Positions 24,301 to 36,300 of a DNA stretch of 64,000 nucleotides are shown here, piece by piece (the first letter of the stretch is position 1; each line of letters begins with the position of its first letter). Under the pieces are notes generated by a model. That model was not told the origin of the DNA, did not search any database, and saw nothing but the letters and a program-made list of their open reading frames with translations. The stretch is from Callorhinchus milii (taxonomy: Eukaryota), in assembly GCF_018977255.1 (NCBI RefSeq), contig NW_024704743.1, positions 16,432,001-16,496,000 on the forward strand. Direction: 5' to 3'. The position numbers and the translations under genes were made by a program.

Positions 24301-27300
24301 AGTGTTTCAGAAATTGAATAGTTTCAGCGCTGAAACAGAATTGCCTAGAAGGCTACAGCACAGAAATAGACGTTCAGCCCAACGACCATTCAGTCCACAT
24401 GGGTCTTTATACTCCATAGGAGCTTCTACCCCTCGAGTATTAGATCCAGTGGAAGGGAGATTTTGGCATTGACCATAATAATAATAGTCATTAATTTATT
24501 TAGCGAGCTTCACATAGGATAATGTCTCAGAGCACTTGATTTACTGTTATCATTTTGTATCCTTACACTATTGTGCTCAGTAATTCATTTTTGTCAATAT
24601 CCTAGTGATGTCAACATTAATAGTTTTATTTAATATCGATGAAGTGTATTGGTGCTTGAGAATGGAATTCAGTGGAATGCATAATCAAACTTAGCCATTC
24701 TGCATAAAACTATGCTACTGTTAACCACTCAGATGCCATCCTGCATGAAAAGAGCTATATAAATTCAAGTTGTTGATGTTTATGGGTTAGAATTAGCATC
24801 TTGCACTTACACATCAAGGGCTGCATTGTTTAGAACCTTTCTCTCTGTTCCAATAACATCCCTTATCTCCAACTTCAGCGATGATATCATCCTCCCTTTG
24901 TTAGCACCAAAGTGATTTTTTCTAATTTCAGCCATCTCACCTCTGCCCACAGTGTGATTGGCATTTAATAGTTGTTTTACTACTGTGGACTCAACATTGG
25001 TAAAAACTGAGCCATTATTGTCTGAACACGTTTGTGCAAGATGCTTATAGAGCACATTTGGGTTTGTGTCCAACATAGGTGACACCACACTTTACCTTCA
25101 ACAGAAGGTCAACAGTTAATGGTTCATTTTATAACCGCTTGATTCTTTCGAAAAGAAAAGACTTTAGCATGTTTACTGCATGAGAATTTGATCGATGAAC
25201 AGTATTTCGTGAACATTTCTCTTGCTTTCTCCCCATCCCTATTTGCATGTTTCTCCCTATGCCAGGTGCCGTGCATGACTGACTGAGTGAAAGTAAATGT
25301 GTTGGTTAAGCCTTCCAGGTTTGCCTGTCTTCCTGTGGATATTGGGAGCTCATTGTGGATTGTGGACATGTGGAGTCCTGTGGCTCAGTGGTTAGAGTAC
25401 TCGCCTTGCAAGTGAGACACCTGGGTTCAATTCCAGGCAGGGTGAAACCTTGGGCAAGTTTCCTTACTCCACACGCCTAATAATAATCCCTCCAAAACAA
25501 AACAATAATAAAATTGGTCATTTTCAATCCACGACTGTTTGTGGGACACTGCTGTGCGCAATTGGCTGCCGCGCTTCACCCACAAATATACGGTCAATTC
25601 ACTTTACAGCATATTCTGTGAAGCGTTTTGAGATGTCGAGAAGATGTGAAAAGCTCTATCAAATGCAAGGATTATTATATTGGAAGGGCAATCCCGGGGA
25701 GAGAGAGAGGGGAGGAAGGGACATGTTCAACGTTCAATGCTGTGCCCCCAAGGCGAGTCAGAGGTTATCGATTTTCAATTTTGTGAAAAGCTGAAAGTCT
25801 ATTCAAGCAGAGCTAATTTGCAACCACTATGTAGTAGTAGAAAACAGTTATAATTCAATGATTAATTCCAGAAAATTGTGTAAGCATCAATCTCCTCCTA
25901 TGAGTTATGTAACAGTAATTGGGCATGTAGGCGGATTCCAGTCACTTTCCTCACCATTCTTCTCATTGGAAGCAAAGCAAAGGTCCTATATGCAGTATTT
26001 GTCTTACCTGATTTTCTTAATAACAAATTCCAAGTTGTGCAAACAGGGACTCTTCCCTTTACACAGATGAAAATCATGGTGCCCTGTGGGGAATAAGGTC
26101 TACTTTCAACAACAGTTTGCATTTATACAATATAAGTGCTTATAACACAAGGTAGAGTTTCTGAGCACTTCCCAAGTGGAGGTCCCATGTGTTAGTGTGA
26201 ATTCCTGTTAAAACCACCTCAAATCAGACCTCAGCTTTGCTTCTGAATGCATCCAATGAGGGGGGGGGACCTTTTTTGTTTTCAGTCCACATGATCTATT
26301 AGGAGGAAATCTGTGCAGATCAACAAAGTTCTTGATCTATAAAGGCTTGTTCCATTCTGCGTTCCACTCAACCACTTTAGTGAAAGTTCCATTGGATGGC
26401 ATTTTTTTTTCCACTCGCTCGTTTCCCCATTCTGTCCCTATTCAAAATTTGGTAATGTGGCAAGTGCATAGCAGAGGTGGAGCAAAGCTCAGATCTGCGA
26501 ATAAAGGTACTGATCATTTGAAACCCGTCACTACCTTACTCTATAGAACGGATCTGATGCAGGAGCTCATCCATTTGCCGTGCATCTTTTCTCCACTAAC
26601 CTGAAGGTGCACAGGAGTTCAAGCACAGTGCATCAATTATTTATCATCCAGAATTGGACAGATGCAACAAAAAATGATAGGGTATGAAGAGCGAGGAGGA
26701 GAGTGCGGTTAATCGAGGTGGCTCATGCTGAGGGAAGACAATAGCAGACTTGTTGAGCTGATTATCCTATTTCTGTACCTGGCATTCCATGACTGCAGGG
26801 GGAGCTGTGTAAATAAGATTCAAAGAAATAAACCCCATGAACATTTATTTACTCTGACATTATGTTAATTCTAAAAGGGATGAAAAGTGCTGACTGTTAC
26901 TTCTGACGTTTGAAAGGTCAATAGAGCACAACGTCATATACTTGTGCCCATCTGTTTCACTATCTAAGCTTTTTTTTCTGCACTTTGCTACCTTTTGGAA
27001 ATCTCTGACAGATTTTGTGAGTATCACAACTTGGATCTCAACAAGTTCCCCTTGAAATGATTCGGCAGCTGTGTGTATCATTGTGCATAACTTCGCTGAT
27101 TTGTTTTGTTATATTTTATTTCAGATAGTGGCTCTGAACCCGCAGTTTGGTAGATCCAGCAGCAAGCAGTTCATCACAGGAGGGAACAAGGTAAGCTTGA
27201 CACACCTTTCTCCCATTCCACTCAACTATCAGAAACTGAGCACCAGAATTACAACAGTAGTTACAATAATCCATGCATTTGATTTGACAACTGCCTGACA

Positions 27301-30300
27301 CAAAAGGAGCCGCCTCAATCCTTGTTCGTAATGCACATTTGACGGAAGTTTAAAGACGGTATTAGACGTGCAGTCCATTCATTGGCATAAAATTTGTACC
27401 TACCACTATGAACACCATTAGCATACAGATGTTGTTGCTTAATTTTAAGGCTTTTATTCAGGAACATTCAACCCATCGAGGCCATTTTACAGATCATGAC
27501 ATTATCTTTCTACTCAAATTTCCTCGCTTTTTCTTCATATTAGTGCTTCCAAATATCTTTGAACAGCTTTGGGTTTGTGGATGTCAGCTCTGTAAAGCTT
27601 TATTATACTGCCCTCCTCTGTTTGTTATTTATGCTGTTTTGGCACCAACTTTTTTCCTATTCGGTCAAGCGTCATGGCCTGATAAGGAATAGAGGACTCA
27701 AATGAGCAACACGTGTGCTGAAAACGAATGGATTTACAGCCACTGTAATCCTGGAAGAACCATTCAAATGACTGCTGATTTACAAAAAACAATGTCGAAA
27801 AGGCAGTTGGAAAGTAGAAGTGAACACATACAAAACAATTTTAATTTTAAATTGTTGAAACGTCACATTTAAAGCGATGGTGATATCTGCAGACATGTAG
27901 TTATTATGCCTCTTTTCTATTATGCAAATGTATCTCTACTCGTATATGGATCAAGGGTTAATTTTACACAGGTGCTTCACAACTGAGATGCATAGAAGTG
28001 CTGCAGAATTGCATTTTGAATTGTATTTGAATTGTATGATAGAAATTGTAGGAGTCCTGTAGCTCGGTGGTTAGAGCGCTTGCTTCGCAAACGAGAGACC
28101 TGGGTTCGATTCCTGGCAGGGCAAAACCTTGTGCAAGTTTCCTGACTCCACACGTCTGAGACGTATCTCCACACGTCTGATAAGTTTCCTTACTCCACAC
28201 GTCTTTCTTTTCGACCGTGTCTTTGGTCACCTTCCCCCCCCTCCCGCTGACTCGGCCCCGGGATCCGTTACTGTGAAGCGCTCTGAGACACCGTCCGGCA
28301 TGGAGGGCGCTATATAAATCCAAGTTGTTGTTGTTGATAATAATCCCTCAAGAGAAAAAAATAAATAATAAATTGGTCACTTCAATCCACGACTGTTTGT
28401 GGGTCACTGCTGAGCACAATTGGCTGCCACGTTTCGCCCACAAATATATAGTGAATTCAGCTTACAGTATATTCTGTGAAGCGCTTTGAGAGGTCTAGAA
28501 AATGTGGAAAGCATTATATCAAATGCAAGGATTTTTTTTTATCTTGACTCGTGTTTGCCTTTGATTCTCTCATTCCCCCCTTTTCTCTAAGTTGCAATTG
28601 TATGAACGGAATTGGCTGAGCCGATGGAAAACCTCTACATTACATGAAGGAGAAGGCTCGATAACCAATGTCAAATGGAGAGGAAACCTGATTGCGTGGT
28701 CGAACAGTGTGGTAATTAACTCCAATCACTCCTGAACATGGATCAAAACAAAGTGAACAATTCAATTCAGGAATATATTTTGAATAATCTTTAGGCAGGT
28801 GTTACTGTGCAGGTAGAAGATAGCCATTTGCACTCGTCAGGAGAAAAATCTTTTGCACAAACAAGTACCTATTTTGGCACGGGAAGAGATTCCCTGTAAG
28901 GACAAAAGGCCGATGCCTGTGTGGATGCAGCTATATTCTTGTATGATTCTATCTGTCGCTCTGTGTTCCCCTGACTTGCCTTTCTGAACTGGTTTATTTG
29001 GAGGGAAATGAATGGGTCATTCTGTAAAATAAATCCCAACTGGTTGTTTTGTGAATATCGCAAGTTCGTCACAATTATTGTTTCCCATCCTTTTGTGAAT
29101 GTCACAGCTTAGACTGGGAAGGGTTAATGCATCTCATTGTTTGTTCTCCTCTGTGCATTCCTTTGTTCCGAGGAAGCATATGTCCTGAGGTTTTACTGTA
29201 ATGTCTGTACGGACATACATTTAAGAAATAGGTACAAATATCGGGCAAATACTTCATGTGTCCATTATTCAAAACAATCGTTAATATTGTGACTTGAAGG
29301 CGAACGTTTCTTTAATATGAAGTACTTGGCCCCTTGGGTCCACAGCATTGGCGGGTGTGAGCAAAGCAACATGTTGGTGTCTGCTTTAAAATAAGTTACC
29401 TCTGCCCTTGTTGGCCTGTAAATGTACAAACTGTATGACTTGGAGCTCAGTGACCATTTTTTAAAATCTGAAACGTCAGGCTGTAGGGTACTGGTGCACT
29501 GCTGTCCAGAAAATGTTTGTCTTTGTACAACGAGGTCCTCTTATAATATACTTCAGCCTAAGCACAAATTTGCTTGTAATGCGGGTGCATTGTGGAATCC
29601 AGTGCATTGAATATGACCCCACTCGCTTCCTGAGCACCTACTCACTTTTGATGCCAAAATGGCTAACGTCCATTAAGTTGCTATCGACATCACTTCCTGC
29701 TTTGCTATGCATGCGCAAAGCAGGACATGATGTTCGTGGCGGCTGAATGATCCGAAAGTCGACGATTTCAGCTTCCCGCACTGAAAAAAACAGCTTCCAA
29801 GTCATCAAGTCATCACCAACAGTGCTTCGCACATGCGCACAAAACAGGAAATGGCATTAAGATGACTTGGAAAGTGACCATTTCTTCTTAACACAGATCT
29901 GGCCATTTCTACAATAACATGGGTGGAGATATTACAGATCCCAAACTCAGGGCTGCAAATTAAGTTATCACTTGTTTAAAAAAATTAAAATTGTGAAATG
30001 CAACGAGGTTAGATGCTTCACATTACAGTCGTTTCTTCCCCACAGAATCTCCCTTTACTGTTGACTTGCTTTCTTCATTTGATTCTCTCTCACGCCATTC
30101 AAGTACATTCTACTTTCTTCAGGGAGTGAAAATATACGACACCAGCTCAAAGCAGCGAATCACAACCGTGGCTCGAGACAATACAAGCCTCCGTCCTGAC
30201 ATGTATCTCTGCAGCCTGTGCTGGAAGGACAATGTGACGCTCATTATTGGCTGGGGAACATCTGTTAAGGTACAGATCACTCAATAAGGATGACAAGGGT

Positions 30301-33300
30301 ATAAAATTGACTATTCCTCCCATCCCCGTTAAAAAAAAAATAAGATTATGGTGCAAAATATTCTTTTGCATCGTAGAATAGTCAGTTCCTTTAAATGCTT
30401 CTGCATCTCTTTTTAGCAGCTGCTTCTAATCTTTGGATTGCTGATTTTTTTTTGTGTATGTGTAAATTCCTTATTGTTTGACACACTCACATATTCAGAG
30501 CAATACCCTGGAGCTCCTCTGCCATGGAATGGTAGGATGTGGGTTTGTGCTTTGAATAGCAGATCTGAGGACGTTGAGGGGGCTTGCTTTGTGGAGTTCA
30601 GACACTTCCTCCACAGGGGAAGGGGCAGATAATTGAAGGGCACATCACCTCTGCCCTCTCTTGTGTATCTCCCAATGGCCAATGCAGAGCATCATTGGAA
30701 GAGTCTTGGGAGCAAGTCTGCTCCCGTAGCTGGTGACAGTGTATGCAGCATGTGCAGATTTCAAGTTGAAGAGAAATATATTTTCTTTTTCTCCCCTCCC
30801 CCCCACATATACGCAACCCCTTCATTTCAATAATGTCCCATAGATGACAATTGTAATTTTTTTTAGTGGTCAGTGCAAAGCATTTTCAAGGAAACCTTTC
30901 ACCATTTCTTAATGCAAATTCTGCAAGAAAAATTGTTTTTAACAAACATTATTTTTGCCAGTAAAAGGTTAATGTGGTTTTCCAAGAATGAACCTTTCCG
31001 AAATCGCAAGTCTCTCATTATAAATTTATTTGTAGCATTTTAGATTCTTGTTTTTCTTTTATCCAAGTTACTTAGAATCTGTAAATGGAAAAATAAACTG
31101 GGACGGTTGCTTTAATATATTTCAATTTATTCATTCCACTATTCCCGCTGCTCAGTTTTGATGGATTCATTCACTTCCACAGTTGGCAAGATTGTTATAT
31201 GTGAACTACTGCACTTTCTCATATTACTGGTTGGTCTCCCAGTGCAATGTACACAAACAAGATGTTTTGAAAATCAGTTTTCTGTAACAATTTGGGATAT
31301 AACTACATTATAACAAATACCGAATGTGGTTTATTAATTGTATTCCTGAATAAGTGATCTGGGGTTCCTTTTGGTAACCAAATTGTCACAACATCCCACA
31401 GGAACTCTGATCCACACCGAGTTCCCATGAGTCGACGGAACTTCTAACTAGATTCCCGATAATGGAGTGGAACCAGGACTTGATATTCAGGCTTAGCTCC
31501 TGACCTGTTTGGGTAGTGATTGAGAAGTGGTATACATGTGGAATGTTGACGACTGCATAGCTACAGGCATGCGTGGTACAGAAACTCCACGAATCACTGG
31601 GATTTTCAATGTAAAAGATAATAATAATCCTTAAATATAAATAATATATGTATACATTTTATATATATATACACACATTGTAAAGTGGATTGGCTATGTA
31701 TTTTGCGGGTGAAATAAGATGTGACAGCACAATGAGCGACACTCCAGTGCCTGCACCTCCATTTGAGGCAGTGGCTTCAGGTAAAAGAGCTCGAGCTGAC
31801 TGTCAGATCTGCTGCATTGGATGTGTAAGGTGCCTCGTTCTCTTTTCAGGTCTGCGTGGTGAAACAGCGAGATCCCACTGACGTGAGAGACTTGCCCACT
31901 CGTTATGTTGAAATAGGTGAGAATTCTCCACACTAATCTCTATTATTGTGTTCTGAAATACTGTAATACAACAGAGCTTTGTGAGGCAATGGCCCCATCA
32001 CTGGCCAGTCCTCGCTCTGCTGGATCTTCCAACAAGCCTTTTTTTGACATGCAAGTATAGTTTTTTTTTAAATCTTTGCTACAGAAGTCTAATAATAATA
32101 ATAATTAAGATATAATAATATATAAATATAATGTGTAGTTTCACTTTGACTTGGCTTCTCTTATAATACAAACTTACATTCATGTAGCGCCTTTTACTGG
32201 GTGGGGGACCTTCCAAGCCGTTGGACTCTCTAAGGTTTGTACCTGAGCTGCAGGGGGGATGGGAGTGGGTGGGTGTCGAAGGGTTGAGGAAAGAGAAGGT
32301 GTGCAGGGAGGAACGATGGCGGAAAGTGTGGACAAAAAGAAAGTTCTTGAGGCAGAGCTTGAAGTAGGTGAAGGAAGAGACAAGTTGGATCTTTTGATGT
32401 TCCTTACCTGGATGTGTCTTTTCTCTTGACTGTACTTCAGTATGCCTGCTGCAACATGTATGTGTTTACAGTATCAGTTTCATACAAAAATGTCCAGCAC
32501 ACTTCTGGAGGCCTTATGCTTGTATAGAGTTAACAGTATTGTACGATTCAACATTTCTTCCTCCTTGTCCCTATGATGTTGCAAACACGACAATTTATTC
32601 CAGTAATATTTTATATAAATTGTGCCACTGACAGACTTTGTGCTCACAGTCTAGGCAGCCACTCCAACCCAGTATAGTGCTGCGTGAGCACTGCATTGCC
32701 AAAGGTGCAGTCCTTTGAAAGAAACATTAAACTGCGTTCCTGTCTATTCAAGTGGATTTTAAAGATCCTGTGGCACTATATTAAGAAAAAAAGCAAATTA
32801 AGAGTTTTTCCAAGTGCCCTGGCCAACAATACCCATGATAAAATGGGTCACTCATCTCATGACTGTTTGTGAAGCAGTTTGTGTACAAATCATCTACCAC
32901 ATTGACTTACAAAATGTTGACATTTTGAAGGTGCTATGTCAAAATACAAGAATTATTATTTTATTAAATACAGAGTTGGAAGGATGGCAATGAGTTAAAC
33001 ATACATTTTCATTCACATCACCAAAGACACAGCCATAGTTATCTGCATCTGAGGAAAAAGAACTGATCTCTATGGTATTTGTTTCTTAGAAACGAAGCTC
33101 TCGGCCCAGTGGTCCAGCCATTAAACTTACAATAAATAAATAATCCTTGCATTTGATAACCTTACACAGTGAGGACAGGGGAGCTTGAAGGCCAGTCAAG
33201 TCTGGGAAAAGGGGCAGCACTTTACAGCCAACAGTTCACAGTTAATTCTTCAGAATTTTATTTTATTTCTACATTATGTTGTCCTATGGCCAAGGGAAGA

Positions 33301-36300
33301 GGTTACTGTAAATGTAAAATGACACTGCAGCGTTTGTTGTAATGGGCCTTTTCAAAAAGATCCTAAAATGTCAGAGCATGTGACAGCAAGAAGTCATGTA
33401 CACAAGTGAGCAAACTGAATGCTGAGCAGTTTAATTTATAGCAAGAATATCTCCCTGATGTGTTGTAGCGGTTCTTCTGCAAGAGCCGAGGCGCCACAAG
33501 TCTGAGCAGTGTTGGCGTGAATTAATTGTGATGGTCTCAGTGGTGAAGGGGTTTATTTTGTGGACGTACGGTTCCTGGTGGAGTATTAAGTGCATCTTTA
33601 AATATAATTCGTCTCTATTCAGTGTGCTCCACGCATTGCAGAAATAAGATGAGGATGTCATCTGGGAGAATCACATTGCATTTAAGATGCTTGATGTCAT
33701 GGCTGTGCCAAAAAAAACCTTAACATGTGTGGGTGCTGCTCTGGACTAATACACTGTTCAGTTCATTGTTACCATCAGCATTGTCATTTCTAGGTTTAAG
33801 CTGGTCTCTTCAGTAATGTTTTTCTTCTCTAAAGTTACTTTCAATGTGTCAGTTTACTTTTTTTTAGCAAAAATATAAACTGCTAAACTTGTTTGGCCCC
33901 AGTGACCATAAACATTGTGTAAAAGTGCATTCGAGCGCGAGTTACTGTGAGCAATACTTGAGATGCCTCCATCCAACCATGACTTGACTGTCATGGCTTT
34001 GTGCTCGCACCTGCTAGGACTGACTACAAAAATGAGAAACTTTCCCTTCTGTATCCTTCCCATTTCGTGGCATTGTGGCTCATCTAACAGTACTCTTTAC
34101 TTCTGCATCAAAAGGTTTTGAGTTCAAGCCCCAAGTCAGGACTGGAGTTGAGGTTGATACTCCATTGTATAGGTTGGTCATTCATCTCATGGCTGTTTGT
34201 GGTACCTTACTGTGTGCAAAATGAATACGTGTTTGCCTATCTCCACAGCCATTACATTCAATAGTAATTATTGTAAACCTTTGAGATATTTTGACATTAG
34301 GTTAAAAATACAAATTTTCTTTTTTGAAAAAGAAGGGGAATCCCCTCTGTTCCTTCCCTTTCAAACCTTTACATTCTTTGGAATTTAAGTTAGAAGTCTT
34401 GAGTTCCAAGTGCATTATAGGCCAAACAGCCATTGAGATATTTTTGGTATAATTAGCTGTCAGCAGTTGGTAGCACTTTCACCACTGAGTCAGAAGGTTG
34501 TCGGTTCAAGCCCTCCGTTGGGGCCTGGAACTCATACAGTCTAAGCTGGTATTCCAGTGCAGTATTGTGGACTGAGATGTTAAATGGAGGTCCTGTCTAT
34601 TCAGATGGATGTGAAAGCTCACATGGCACTATTTGAAAAGAGAAGTGATTTTTGTGGAGTCCTGTAGCTCAGTGGTTAGAGCACTCGCTTTGCAAGTGAG
34701 AGACCTGAGTTCAATTCCAGGCAGAGGGTGAAACCTTGGGCAAGTTTCCTTACTCCACACGCCTAATAATAATCCCTCCAAAACCAAAAACAATAATAAA
34801 TTGGTCATTTTCAATCTACGACTGTTTGTGGGACATTGCTGTGCGCAATTGGCTGCCGCGTTCGCCCACAAAAAATATACAGTCAATTCACTTTACAGTG
34901 TGTTCTGTGAAGCGCTTTGGGACGTCCTCCCGATGTGGAAAGCGCTATATCAAATGCAAGGATTATTATTATTATTAGAAGTGATTTTTTTCCTGATGTT
35001 CTGGCCAACATCCCCGCAAAGCAAATTGGTTATTCACTTCACGGCTGTTTTGGGGACTTTGCTGCGTGCAATTTAGTTACGCCGTTCGGCCACACAAACA
35101 CACAGTCGTAGATTGAGTGACCAAATTATTATTTTATTTGTTTTTTTTTTGAAGCGAAAGTAATAATTTGGTCACTCAATCCACGATTGTTTGTGGGGCA
35201 CTGCTGTGTGCAATTAGCTGCCACATTTTGCCAACAAAATATACAGTCTATTCACTTTACAGTATATTCTGTGAAGCGCTTTGAGACCTTTTGAAGACAT
35301 GATAAGGCGCAAGGATTATTATTGAAATGCAAGGATTATTATTGTTATCCGCCAATTGACTACCAAGTTCCCACTTACTGTTAGGTCAACAAAGAGATGT
35401 GGAGTAACCCAGGCCCTCTCTTTTGCTAGGTGAGCACGCTAAGCACTACACTACTGGTGTAGAAGATACTCATTTAACCCAAGAGGAAGATCCTGAAGGG
35501 TTGGAAGGCTGTGTATATCTGTTAATTATATTGCCATTGTGTGGCATATTTGTACTGCAGACAACTGTAAAACTGCTGTGAAATTTTCTATTTACAAACT
35601 GTAAACACAAAAGCTTCCTAAATGCGACATAATTTACAGTGGTAGGAACTCACCAAATTGAAGTTACTACTTCTGATCCTGCTGAAAGACACTACTGAAG
35701 GGGATTTGTGTCAATTGCTTTTCAGAATTGCAAACGTGAAGGGTGAAGTTGCAGTGCCCTCTACAGGAAATGTGTTGGAAGAAGTGTAAATTGTGCTCTA
35801 GTCCAGTTCAAATAGGTTTTGACTTACTTTACAGAGGAACTGTCAATAATCATAATAAATAACAATAATAATCCTTGAATTTGATAGAGTGCATAATAAT
35901 AATAATATTTTGTGGCATTTCTTATAACATCATTGAGATGTTTCAAAACTCTACCCAGAATATACTAATAATATCCTGTAAGATGAATTGACTGTATATT
36001 TTGTGGGCAAAGGTCGGCAGCCAATTGCACACAGCAGTGTCCCACAAATAGTCTTGGATTGAGTGACAAATTATTATTATTTTTAAAGGGATTATTTACA
36101 CTTGCAAAGCGATCCGCCAATCGACTAACAACTGGATTCCTACTTACTGCTAGGTAAACGGAGGTGTGTGTAGTAAGGAAACTGCCTATGGTTTTGCCCT
36201 GCCTGGGAATTGAACCCGGGTCCTCTTGCTTGCAAAGCGAGTGCTTTAACCACTACCCTCCAGGACTACTGTAATTCTTCTTCCAGCAGTACCAAAACAG

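Noticed and set aside
34654..34730. tRNA-Ala-like sequence with A and B boxes (also at 1201, 25370, 28048, 54056, 61073)
   Set aside because: No closing acceptor stem, and each continues into SINE body and tail; these are SINE heads, not tRNA genes
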